Positions 14,736 to 26,828 of a DNA stretch of 31,387 nucleotides are shown one piece after another. The stretch lies in contig JADIIX010000049.1 in NCBI GenBank assembly GCA_027604505.1, positions 124,001 through 155,387 on the forward strand, given 5' to 3'. Every line of letters begins with the position of its first letter. Position 1 is the first letter of the stretch. The DNA comes from Gonapodya sp. JEL0774. Lineage: Eukaryota. A program made the translations under genes and the position numbers. Under the pieces are notes generated by a model that saw nothing but the letters and a program-made list of their open reading frames with translations, was not told the origin of the DNA and ran no database searches.

Positions 14736-17700
14736 TCATGATGCCAACACCCTCTCTAAGGCAGCTCTCTGGTCCCCTGACTTGGCCAATAGAGGCTCAA
14801 CCCACTTCTCCCAAGCATCAGGTGTCTCTTCGACCCGGTAGGACGTCCAACCTAGGAACAGGTCCTCCCACTGTCCCGTGACACCATAATTGCCCTCACG
14901 AACTCGTTGCACCACCTTCGCAGCCCTCTGAGCCCCTCCTCCTGATTGGGCGAGAGCAAGTGCCTGAAGCAAACGCGAGGCTGATTCCACATCTGACGCT
15001 GTCTCCGCCCCGATCAGTACACGATTAGCGTCTGACGCCGCACCTGCTTGACCCCGAGATAGGTACCAGCCAACGCTGGAAAGGACTCCAGGTGGATTAC
15101 TCGTTGCAGTGAGCAAACTGGCAACAGCATCGCCTGCGACTGAAAGTTCGAGATGCTGGTAAACAATCAAGAGCAACCGCGCCGCAGGTGTTTGCGACGG
15201 GTCTCGGGCTAGTGCGCTTTTGAGAGTTGTTACAGCTGAGCCCATGTCTTGGGCAAGCACGTAGTGACGCGCTGACAGTGTAAGAAATAGTGGCACCATC
15301 ATGTCCGGAACATCAAAGTCTTCCGTTGTAGTGCACAGCCCGGCAGAGTACTGAAAGCGCTCAACATTGGATTCCACTGCAGCGATGGGATCTGGACTGT
15401 GAAAGAAACCGGTTAAAATGGATTCAGAGAGCATGAGCCGCACCCAGTACTCTGAATGCGTATGATCTGTTGTGTCCAATTGATGCAGGTTGTCTTTCAA
15501 ATACTGCGCCGTCTGCTCCAACAAATCCAATAAGCTGCGTGCAACTGCGTGCTTGCCCAGAGTTCGTCCAATATGAGCAATTTTAGCTCTGAGTGCGATC
15601 CATAGACAACAACGTGCGCCAAAACTTGAAGGGCCTGCTCGAATAGCTCTCTGTGCCGCATTCAGAGCGAGGTCCCCCCCGGACGGACCTGTCAACTCGC
15701 CAGCCGCCAGGACTGCGATACTCGTTGAGATGGCATCCCCTCCCACCTGTCCACAGATCCTGGCGGCTGATGATTTTTCAGGTGCACTCCGAGCAATAGC
15801 CATGGCTAGCCGTGCCCAACGTTGTGTTTCCCATGGATTCCGATGCACCGAGCGTGCCATAAAGCGCAGCGCAAACTTCGCATCACCTTGAATCCGAAAC
15901 AAGCGGGAGAGCATGTCGTCCACTTCAATATCGTAGTCCCTCAATGCGTGCGAGGAAATCTTAAGAAGCTCAATTCCTGCGGCTGAAGCAATTGAGCCGT
16001 CCCCCATGACGAGCCCAAGAGAGCAGAGCGTCAGGAGGGCAGGAACGTAAGGAGTTGCTTGGGTGGAACTGGAGAACATTTTGCCAGAGCATTATAGGGT
16101 AGTCCGAGCTTCTGTTAATGCTAGAAGTTCATACCTCTGTAAGAGCTGTCTTTGCGCGAGTTCCAGATGTTGTGGTGTTCCAAGGCCGAAATAACATTTT
16201 GCCACAAGCAACGATGCAAAGTCTTTTATGTCCTTCTGTCCCTCAGCTTTAGAGTTTTCAAGCACAAGCTGAAATGAACTCAGAGACTTATGAAGGTCTC
16301 CAGCAAAATAGGAGGCGATACCCGACACTAAATAATCCGTGGGTGCCGAACTATCCTCCAACTTTACGAACTCCCTCGCTGCTCTTTGTTCATCGACGGA
16401 GCACAGTACGCGTGCCATATTGCTGTGGATGTGCACTGAGTCTTTCACGTTTGAGTCAACAACCTCCAAAGCTCTATCGAAAACTCTCAATGCCTCAGAG
16501 TACAATTTTTGTCGCTCGTAGCACAAGCCCAGTAGGTTGTAAGCCGCGAAATCGCCATTTTTCAACTCTGTGAGTCGTGCAAGTGCAAACGTGGCTTCAG
16601 CCCACGCGATGTCACTTGAACTCCGGTCTTTCGACTTCGACAGATGCTCTTGCATGATGTTCAGGGAGTAGTGATAATTTGCTTCAGGCTGTGTCGAGAA
16701 TGTACCGATCAGCAACTCGAGTGAGACAGCAGGAACTACTGATGTATTGCTACTCACCAGCGTCCCTTCACTCAATTCGTAAGAATGTGCAAAGAGCTCA
16801 TGCTCCTCCCGGGTGTTCCCCTGCAGCCGATTACCAAAAGCTTGCCCCAGCCAACCATATGCATACTCCGGATCTGCCAGTTGTGCCTGAGAAAATGACT
16901 TCCGCGCAAGCTCTATGTCATGATGAAGGAGATAGAGGAAACCCAGATTCGACCAAGCGGGTGCACTCTGCGATGACACGTCACTCAGTACATGGTAAAG
17001 GATTCTTGCCATTGACATACCTTGCTATCAAGTTCAACTGCCATTATGAAGGCGTGCTGGCTCAATTTGGGGTCCTTGAGAGCCGTGACGACGCCGAGGC
17101 TGTTCCATATAGCCACGCCACTCGGGTGGTAGTTTGTGGCCGTTTTCAGGCATTTTACACACACTGTGTATAGATACTCAGAGCTATGGATGGAGATGAA
17201 TTTCGAACGAGTAAAATAACCCAAGGCAAGGTCATGCCAATAACTTGCAAGGATATTCCGCCGATCACGACTAGTGGAACGACTACTAAGCGCAATACAG
17301 TGCTGGAACGCGATACAAGCACATGCAAGGACGGACTCCAAAAAGGAATTTGCATGAGTGTCGACGTTCTCATGAGGGAGTTGATCCATGAAGCGATTCG
17401 AGGCAGCATTGCGTGCATTGGTCGCGTGACGGCTCGATTCGTAGAAAGCACCAATGCTTTCCACACTTTGCCTTGAAACATAGTCCACATATACTGAGAG
17501 TCTACCAAAAGCCATGCACGAGTCACCTATCGCTTTCCACCAGCATTGTAGTTCTGGGGCAGCCTCGAATCCCCGTAGTGCAGTTTCGATAGCATCTGCA
17601 AATGTTTCTGCAGAACGAGCGTAGATACCCTTCGCCGCAAGATCCTCTCCAAACTGAGTTTGTGACATCGCAAGAGCTTGCAATGCGGCGATCCATAGCG

Positions 17701-20345
17701 CTGAGGAAGATTTGTCATCAATCCCGCCTGACAATTCCTCAACGATTTCGGTCAGCTCTACTACGGCGTCCTCGTAGTATCTTGTTTTCTCCTTCACCAG
17801 CGCTATTTTAAACCTTGGATACGGATTTTCAGGCTGTAACTCCGCCTGCCGTGTAAACGCTTTTATCGCGGCAGTGTATTTACCCTCGTGAAGGTAAGTA
17901 TCTCCAAGTCCACCCCACAGCGCTGAATCTCGTACATTCAGCCGTATCGCTGCTTGGAAGGACGTGATGGCTGAGGTGAATGATTTCTTCTCAAGAGGCG
18001 ATGACATGAGTGAAGTGGTACGAAATAAAGAAAGATTCAACCCACCATCATCATTTCTCCAAATGCCATCTTCTTCAACGCCCACGATGCCCTTGGGTCT
18101 GCTGCGACCACGATCTTGCACGCATCAACCGCGTCCTCCACTTTCCCGTCTTGCATCAAATCCTCGACTACCTGTCTCCCCGCCTCTTCATCAAGTGGAT
18201 CCAGTGACATTGCCTTCGCATAAAATCTGTGCGCTCTTCCTCTATCACCATCAATTTGTAGAAGATAATTGCCCAGCCAAGTGTATGCAGGGCCGAACCC
18301 ATCGTCCAACTTGATGGCTCGCATAAAGTACGAACGAGAGCCGGTTTTCTTGTCCACCCGATGTTCCCCGCCCATGTCCCAAAGCACACGGCCGATGCGA
18401 TACTGAATCTGGGCCGAATCAACAACTTCAGCAACCTCATTGAGGATCGAGAGAGCCTTGGGCAGCTCGCCAAGGTTGTATAGTGCCCAAGCATTAGATT
18501 CTTTGGCAGCGAGGTTGTCTGGAGAGAGCGAGAGAGCTCGGGAAAAGAACTCAGATGCAAGGGAAGGGTTTGCAAAGCGAGATAAGTAAAGATCGCCGAG
18601 GCCCTGTGTCAAACAATGTGTTGAACGCATGCTAAAACATACAGGAAACGGCTGGACCCACAATGATTGCCTCTATGTTGTCTGAATCCCTCTTGAGGGC
18701 GTTCTCGAAACAGGAAAGCGCCTCGTGTCGGGAGTTCGCGTCGAGGTAATTGTAGCATTTTCCTAGAGCAATATCGACAGCCAATGGCACTCTAAGAATC
18801 ATAAAAAACGAAAACACTCTATGGAAACTCAATTGGCTGTGATTGATCGCGAAGTAACACACTGTTGCAGTTCCTGCCCGGTCAACAAGGAAAATTCCTG
18901 TGCCAAGCTACCAGTGGATTTTGCAGCGGCGAGAGCTCGGTCCCAGTCTCGAAGGTCAAGAAGAAGAGCGAGTAAAAAGTGATTAACGAAAATAGATTTG
19001 CGGAGATCTCCTGCGTTGGCTGCAAGTGCTACCTGGTGATGGCAAAGTCGTTGGTTCATTGTCTACTTGCGCGAAGAAAAACCACCATCACAATTCACAT
19101 CCAAATCTCCTTTCGCGTCTGCAGAAGAGCCACCATCCGCCCATCGTTTGTAGACCCGTACGACGTGGCCAAACGGATCCTCCTCAGGAAGCACATCGGC
19201 AGCCTTCCCCACTATATCTATATCATAGCTTTCCACATGAGCATCAGCACCATCTAAAAGAAGCAGGTAAGGTGCGGGGGAGGAGATAAGATCGCCGACA
19301 AGGTCCCGGCACAAGTCAACAAGGCTGTTGTAGAGGCTGCGCTTCTCGTCCCGGGAAGCAGCCAGTGACAACTTTCGGCGCAAGAACTCGACAAAGTTAG
19401 ATCTGGCGGAGGAGAGTTGTTTGACTTCAGTGTCGGAGAGACCTTCAGTAGCGCCTGACTCGCGAGCCGTTTCAACGATATGCTGGTAGACCTCGCCCAG
19501 TTTCGAATTCGCGGCGATCTCCTTCTCCACTGCACGCTGCACAACATCGAGTGCTGGTGCGTCGAGACGCTTGCGGCGGAGAGCAACTTCACGAGTGTAA
19601 GCTTCGGTTTCGTGGGTTTCATAAAGAGATGCTATACGCAGAAGGGTAGCCAGCGGTTTGCGTGAATTCGTGTCGATGGTTGAGAGAAGTGAATAGTAGG
19701 GATGAGAAGGGAGGAAGGATTGCAATACATCGGCGGCCTTCCAAGGATTCCCAAGTGTGAAATGGAGTATGTGCATGGGGACAGAGAGATGTGTCACCTT
19801 AACTCGGTCATTCAGCTTCAAATTAATTTCCACCAGCTTTTTGGTAATATCGTTCAGGTTTTTCGCGTCTTCCCTAGTTTCATCGACGATGAGAAGGCTT
19901 TGACAACGAAGTCTCCGCATTAACAGAATCCAGTCCACTCACGCCTTGAAATACACATTCTGTATGGCCTCAAGAGTAGATACTAAATCCGTCCACTTTT
20001 CTTCCCTTTCCAATAGCGTGAGAAGCTGATTGTATCCCTGGAAATAGCGATTGACGAATGGGATGTTGTCTCCAACACCCAATCTCAAGAAGATCGTTTT
20101 CGTTCAATTCAGACCTGAAATGCTGCAGTCTGCGTGCGATTCACATCAATCGCTCTCAAGTAAGCTTGTTGTGATTCTATGTTGTTCCCCAGATTCTGCT
20201 CCGCATTTGCGAGGAATACGAGTCCGAAATAGTTGTTCGAATCCTCTTCCAAAACCATTGTTGCTCTCTCCTTTGCGAGCGCATAGTCTTTAGCATCGAC
20301 AAGTGCCTCACGCGCTTGCTTCAGAAGCGCTTTGACGGATGCCAT
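14736..20345 (-). CDS. SKI3: Superkiller complex TPR subunit Ski3/TTC37, many exons
   Basis: N-terminus 'MASVKALLKQAREAL..KDY...VLEEDSNNYFGLVFLA'. Internal TPRs 'FGPAYTWLGNY...AHRFYAKAMSLDP', 'AITSFQAAIRLNVRDSALWGGLGDTYLHEGKYTAAIKAF' and 'LSQHAFIMAVEL..SAPAWSNLGFLYL...SFSQAQLADPEYAYGWLGQA'. The ~5.6 kb span fits Ski3. Confidence 0.9.
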
Positions 20346-20523
20346 TTGGAATGTTAGAAAAATATGCAATCAATTCGTACTAGTGCATGTCTATTCTGAA
20401 TATCATTCGTCAATCAGGATTCTAAGGAAAGATATTCGCAATCTACACCCGTTCACAGTCACTGTTGAGACACTATCCTGCAAATCGTGACAAGGCCCGA
20501 GTCTCTGCCACCCATCAATCGCA
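20346..20523. promoter_or_regulatory. Very short putative bidirectional promoter between SKI3 and the DHHC gene
   Basis: Divergent ATGs only about 178 bp apart, with an AT-richer spacer. Confidence 0.45.
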
Positions 20524-22750
20524 ATGGGTTTGCTCCCAGGACCGATCCTGTGGGAGTCGACCAAGCACCGCATATGCAACTTGCTCTTTAAAGCTTTCAA
20601 TATCGGCATGTGGGGACTTGGGCCCATATTGATCGTTGCCGCGACTGGTCTCATCGGCATGTGGTATGTCAGTGCGATGGGAAATTCCACAGCGCCGCTG
20701 ACGACTTGAGTTGAGCAAGCATCTTCTCCATTCCATCCTTTTTCTTTTGTAATGTATATATCTTCTTCGCTCGCCCGCTATTTCTGATTGGTGCTCCCAA
20801 GCGTCATCATCTACTATGCGGTTGTCCTTCCACACCGATACCCCTACCCCTCTAATCCGGCATTCAGGGCTGCCTACCCCAGCATTTCTGAAAATGAATC
20901 ATTTTCTCAACCCATCTCTTACTATTTCCACCTCGTGTACTCACTATATGCAGTCACCAGTATATATTTCCACTACGTCGTGGCAGTCATTAAAGATCCG
21001 GGTTACTACTCTGCTCGCGAAGTCGAACGCTGGTGGATTCGCGCAGGATACAGTAAAGGATACTATGATGGAGATCTCAACGGGCTGCGGAGGGTTGAGG
21101 ACGTGAAGAGGGAAAAGTTTATTAACCCCCACTATGGCTCTGCTGCTGTTGGGAACGGAGTGTCTGCAGCGCGACTGCCGTCCATTGCAGTTGACCATGG
21201 ATTACCGCACGATGTTGTTTTGGAAAGGACCGGAGTCGGCGCACATCACCGGCTCTCGAAACCGAGCCTTTCTCCTTCCGATTCAGACCGCGCTTCTTAT
21301 CAAAACGGCGTTGCGCCCAGCATCTACCGCACAAAGGAGTCTGTTCAAGAAGGCTATGGAAGCTCGAATAATCACGACCCTCCGACTGATTCCGGAGAAG
21401 TCGAGCATTCTGTAGTGGACGTGGATTCCTCAATAGTCGAGCTCGTCCACAACGACGAGGAGCAACCTCGTGTTAAAGCTATTGTGGTGCCACCGGGCAT
21501 GCGATGGTGCAAAAAATGTGAGACAGACGGAGCACTCGTTCACCTGGTGGACCCGCTGAGCGAATAATCAAATGAAAACCGTTCCAGGCCTCCTCCCCAA
21601 ACCCGTGCGAGCGCATCACTGCTCTGTGTGCAAACGGTGAGCCGTCACTTGTCGCCGATGCACTTGATCATGGGAGACAAATGTCACTCATCAACTCGCC
21701 GACCAACCTCGCCGACACACGTGTCGACACTCCAACACCAAAAGATGCGTAATGGGAATGGACCACCACGTATGTCACCACTCTGAATTCCGCTATAGAA
21801 TACCCAGCACCTTTTCCTGTTTCTCACTCACCCTCTCCATCGTTTCTCTCCACCACTCCCAACGAATCTCCCAAGTGCCCCTGGCTCGCCAACTGCGTGG
21901 GCCACGCCAACCACCGCCACTTTGTCCTCTTCCTCCTCCACCTCTTTCTCGCATGCGTGTACTTTGCCATCTTCTCCTGGCCCACCTTCTGGGCCACTGT
22001 GTCGTTCCCCACCAACGATCTCTCCCTGTGGAGGGGGAGCGAGCTGATGAGAAGTTTGGTTGCGTTGGCGTGGATATTGGCCATCGCCATGGGTATAGCC
22101 GTGGGAGGGCTTGCGAGTTTTCAGTGGTGGTTGGTTGTGAGTCAAGTGTGCTTTGGATGATGGATAAATGGAAGAGTGACACTGAAGCGCACAATCTTCC
22201 TCCAGGCAAACGGCCTCACAACCATTGAATACTACAAGATGATGGAAGATAGAGCCGAATGGAAAAGTCGAGGTCTGGTACGTCTGGTCTCTACCAATTC
22301 TATTGTCCGCCAACACCAGAGGCCAACCCTTCACTGTCCCGGTCTGTACCTCCTTCCGTCTGTCCCTCGGACTGGCAGCCTATCATTCCCAACGATTACG
22401 ACCTCGGTAGTCGATTGGACAATCTAAGAGAATTCTTCAACGTCGGGAGTGCAGCGTGAGTTGGGGGGGTGTGAGCTGGACTGGTCTGCTGCAGCGTGTT
22501 TACGAATGCGCTCGTTTTCTTAAAAAACAAATTCGCAACGCGACAACACGATGCAGATCGTGGTGGAGTGTCGTGTTCCCCACTCTCGTGTCTCGAACAA
22601 GTGAGTCTTTGAGTCTGAAGCTGTCTGATAAGGAGGATGTAACACACCCCTGACGTATCACACCCCATGCTCGGACTTTCTCGTTCTTGACGCTTCACCA
22701 TCACAGCCGACGGCTCGTATTACGCCACGCGAGGTACCCATATAAGTTGA
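20524..22750 (+). CDS. DHHC-type protein S-palmitoyltransferase (ZDHHC16-like), about 9 exons
   Basis: TM segments and 'DPG' motif. Spliced Cys-rich domain '[49 protein letters not shown]', TTxE motif 'NGLTTIEY', C-terminal 'NDYDLG...NLREFF'. The last exons (to TGA 22748-22750) are less certain. Confidence 0.92.
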
Positions 22751-22836
22751 CCGGATGACCCCCCGTGGCGGATCCTCTGTGTACATACATAACACATCCT
22801 AGATTCAAAAAGATGAAAAACAAAAAAACAGAATCT

Positions 22837-24263
22837 CTACGCCGCAACACCACCCCCACCCCCCACCACAAACCGCTCCGCATCCCTCGTTGCCAACTCG
22901 TACGTCTCATCCCCCACCTTCTTGATTATGCCCGCCGTCGGGGTACTGAAATGTGTCCCGATAAACAAAATGCTCCCCTCTGCCCACCTCGCAAACGCCG
23001 CCAGTCGTGTTTCTGTCGATTGGGCCACGTCGTAGTCGAACACGGGGCAGTAGCGGGGAGAGACGAGTTGAACGGGAGTGTGGATCATGTCACCAGTGAT
23101 GACGGCGTTGCCGGAGGGTGTTTCGATGAGGACAGAGACGTGGCCAGGTGTGTGGCCGGTCGTGGGCTAAGGTGGGGAGAAGACTCGGGCTCAATTAGTG
23201 CGGTACCAGCGCCAGTAACGTCACCGGTCGCTTCATCCAGTGCGCCGCCAGCGACACCACACTCCCACGTAACGTACCTCGAGCTTCACCCCCTCCACGA
23301 TCTGGTGGTCCATCCCCACGAAATCCACCAGTCCGGCATCGTGGACCGGTTTCACCGAGTCGACGAAGATCTCGTCGTCTTGTTTCTCTGAGTTGCGCTC
23401 CCGGTATTCGAACTCGGAGCGGACAAAGAGGTACCGGGCACGGGGGAAGGTGGGGACCCAGGTGCCGTTGAGAAGACGGGTGTTCCAGCCTTTTCGTACC
23501 GGGGGCGGGGAAGGGTGTAGTCAAGCACGGGGTGAGAAGGATGGGGAGGGAAGATGGTGGTGTGCATAAATGGGACAGCAACAGACCGACGTGATCGACG
23601 TGCATGTGTGTGCAGACGACGTGAGTGATGGTGTCAGGCGGGTAGCTAGATACCATGGTCACCGAGGAAAACTCGTCAGTCGTTGGGCAGAAGACAAGAC
23701 CAGCAATTGGTAAGCAAACGCATTTGACCTTACCCTGCTGCTTCCAATCTGTCCAAGAAATCCGTGGAGAGTTTGTTCCACTCTGGTTCTTCGCGGTTCT
23801 TGTCTGACGCAAATGGTGAAGAGAGGAAGGGGAAAAGAGCTCGAATCAATCGTGTGTGTTCTCTGCTGTGTCGCGCGGAAGCACCAACCCACCATTGCCC
23901 ACACAAGTGTCCACCACGATCCGCGCTTCGCCCGTGTCGATGACGAGGGCTTGGATCTGTACCGATATGTAAAGGAAATACATGGGGAAAAACGCGTGCC
24001 CTGAGGTGAATCAGCACCTCCGAGTCTCATGCCCCCTCCCCCGATTTCCGCCCACCCGAACCCACGTTCCACCTTAACAACCCCTCGGCCGTCACGAACG
24101 TATTCTCATCGAGCCACTTGTGCTTCTCCGCCATGGATCTGACCTGCTCGGGGCTGATTTGGGAGCCGAAGAAGTACTTGGGGTGAGTGTCTGTGATGAG
24201 CTCGGGAATGGACGTGATGGTGGTGGAACCGAGTTTCCATCTGAGAGGCGGGATTGGGGCCAT
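22837..24263 (-). CDS. Metallo-beta-lactamase-fold hydrolase (bacterial lactonase/metallohydrolase-like), 6 exons: 24263-24066, 23956-23893, 23803-23734, 23645-23587, 23489-23278, 23166-22837; 310 aa
   Basis: Spliced frame is intact (933 nt). Motifs 'IVVDTCVGNDK', HxHxDH 'THMHVDHVGWNTRLLNGTWVPTFPRARYLF', 'DSVKPVHDAGL', 'PTTGHTPGHVSV', 'ITGDMIHTPVQ' and 'GTHF'. Confidence 0.93.
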
Positions 24264-24706
24264 GGGGGGTGGGTGGTGGGTGAGTTGGGGTTTGCTTGAT
24301 GGGCCGAAAACTGGGGTGAAGGCACAGCGCGTGATCGGCGGAATCCGGCCAACAGTGCCGAGTCCTCAATCCAACGTAATGTGTTCTCGTATATAGAGTG
24401 AGCGATTCCACCGTGTTAGTTACTGGGAACAATAGTTTATGGGGCCTTATACTGAATGTTTTCGTCATTACTCGTGCACCAAATGAATCTCTCCTTGGGC
24501 ATCCTGATAATTGTCATGGAGCTCGAGGGCAATGACGGTGGCTGTATATGTGCAAGGAAATTGATGAGATATTCGCAGTTCGTTCCAAACCGGTGTTCAT
24601 TTTCGCTCTTCGAGGTTCGCTACTTTGCAATTTATTGAATATATTACAAACTTTTCAGAACTCCACAACTACGGCCATATGCACGGAAAAGTGCCGCTTC
24701 CCGTCC

Positions 24707-24838
24707 GATCAGCGCACGGAAGCCCATGACAGCCCAGTCAGTACTAGCGTGAGAGATCAGCTGGGAATACTGGGTGCTGTAGTTTTGTCTTTTTGTTCTT
24801 AAGTATGTACGTACATCATTGTCTTACATCGTCTGTCC
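24707..24838 (+). repeat. Direct repeat copy 1 (~132 bp)
   Basis: Aligns with 26829-26959, including a 54-nt identical core TAGCGTGAGAGATCAGCTGGGAATACTGGGTGCTGTAGTTTTGTCTTTTTGTTC (24745-24798 = 26867-26920). Confidence 0.95.
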
Positions 24839-24868
24839 ACTGATTAAATCACCAAGGTTCCTATCCTG

Positions 24869-26164
24869 ATGAGCGCTGTTATTTGCTTCCCAGATTCAAA
24901 CTGTGCACAGTTCGTATCAGAGGGCGTTGGGTTACTCAGTATTTGTACAAGGGCGTTTGTGAAGGGATTGGTGACTATCCTTTTTTTTTGCCTGACCAAA
25001 GGATCGAGAGACAGCGAATCACCAAGTGGGCATCTCAACATCCGAATCTGGAGAAAACATCCGCATCGTATGATGCTTGCAACATCCGGTTAGTTTTGGT
25101 CACTGGAGCGATATTGTCTAGTGTTGATCCTCAGCTCCATTAGGGACAGATATTGCCCGCCTCTACAACAATACATTGGCCATTCTGGAATTGGACAATA
25201 GTGATGACACTGCTGACATCAAAAGACTCTTCGCGAGGGGGCAATTTCAAGCCATCTTTAGCAACAACAAAACATGGACCACCTACACAATCAATTACTG
25301 CAGGACTCGAATTTGGAGTCACATCCGTCAACTCGAGAGGATAGAGGAGATCAAACGCAAACTTAAAGCTGCAAATGCAGACCATCCGCTCTTTGTATGC
25401 ACTCTTGGAGGTTCGCAGGGCTTTGAGTGGTTTGCCTTTGCAGAAACGGCGCTCCGCATCTGGGAACCCCAGGGCAGTATGGATCAGCTTGCAACATCAC
25501 TACAAAACCTCTCAATCTCACGATCTGCAACTGCACCGAGAGTTTTGGTCACCAGTATCGACAAATATTGTGGACCGTCAGGCTTTCAACTGGAACTTGT
25601 GCACCAGGCCCGACAAGTGAATCCACAGTACCACCAGATTCTATTCCGGTCAATTACGGGGAACCTTGGAGCCGGTTGGCTTGAGGACAAATGTCTTATC
25701 AACGTTGTCAGAGCAGACATAATCACAATGTTCTATGTTGCAACCGAGTTATTCTGTAAGAACCCATCAAAAGCGAAAAGCTTGATTAGACAGATGACAA
25801 ATCTGGCGAAACCGGGATGTATATTGGTCATTGCTGATGTTGAAGGAACTTGGTACCTAGATGCCCACATGAGGTGGGAACAGTGGATTTCATTTGGTGA
25901 TGGAGAGCGGGATGAGGAAGATGGGGATTTTGAAGAGGATGACCCTGGCTCAAGGGTTATTGACCTTGTTGATGAATGTGTCAGTACAGACTTTGTCAAA
26001 TTGCGGAACAGCACAGAGGTGAGAAGAATTCTTGGCAGTGGTGCAGTGATGTGAAAGAGCTAATCCTATTTTTCCAGGTGCCGCGTCAGAGCAATGGAGG
26101 CACGGACTTGCCACAGGGCACCCATTGGGTTCTTGTTTACAAAAAGAATATGCCTTTATTTTGA
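24869..26164 (+). CDS. Divergent class I SAM-dependent methyltransferase resembling fungal Bmt6 (25S rRNA m3U methyltransferase, DUF3115/Methyltransf_34-like); start uncertain
   Basis: Main exon 25144-26018 has 'IKRLFARGQFQAIFS...TYTINYCRTR', a Gly-rich motif I 'VCTLGGSQGFEWFAFA', and 'DIITMFYVATELF...SLIRQMTNLAKPGCILVIADVEG'. From memory these parallel Bmt6 motifs (VLCIGGGAGAE; LITL.FT.NELF; PGSLLLVVDS.G). In-frame introns 25089-25143 and about 26019-26077. Confidence 0.6.
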
Positions 26165-26828
26165 TCTCACCCTTCTGAAATGTATCAGAACTGTTGGCAA
26201 ACCAAACCCACATCTTAGTAGATTATTTTGCTTAGCAGCCTGTTAGCAATAATCTATTTCAAGGCAGTACTTAGTATTCCAAAAATATTATCAATTTCTT
26301 CATTGTTAATTTTACAATCAATGCCAATTTAAAGTGATCACCACCCCTCTCAGTGCATACCGCGAGTTTCTCAAGAAATATGATTGTGGTCACAATACTT
26401 GCTATATCAAATTTGTGTGCTACTGTCATATCTCTGGCAGAACATTTCAAGTGTGGACACAAACGAACAGCAAGTTTATTCGACTATTACTGTGGACCGA
26501 GGTGTCTTGTTGGTTGGCAGCAGAACACCAGGCAAAATAAAAATCGGGCATGAGGATAATATTGTTCATCCGGTGATGACCAGGAACGAGACCAGAGATG
26601 CGTGAAAATTGAATCGATACGGCAAAACTGAAAATCGGCAAAATATTAAGTTGATGAGTGTAGTTTAACCGGCGACGACCATGGACGGAGGCCAGGAGGA
26701 GGGTGAAGGGGGCAATGGGCCAAATAAGGAAACCGGTGTCATGAGAACGACCTGGGGCTTGCCCGGGTTCTCTTTTCCAAAAATTTATATTTTTGCGATG
26801 AACCACGAGCTTGGGATGTTCCCCCTCT

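Noticed and set aside
22837..24263. MBL gene as bacterial contamination or a true beta-lactamase
   Set aside because: It has five frame-restoring spliceosomal introns and is contiguous with fungal genes. It lacks the B1/B2 Cys ligand and a signal peptide, and matches the broader metallohydrolase/lactonase group instead.
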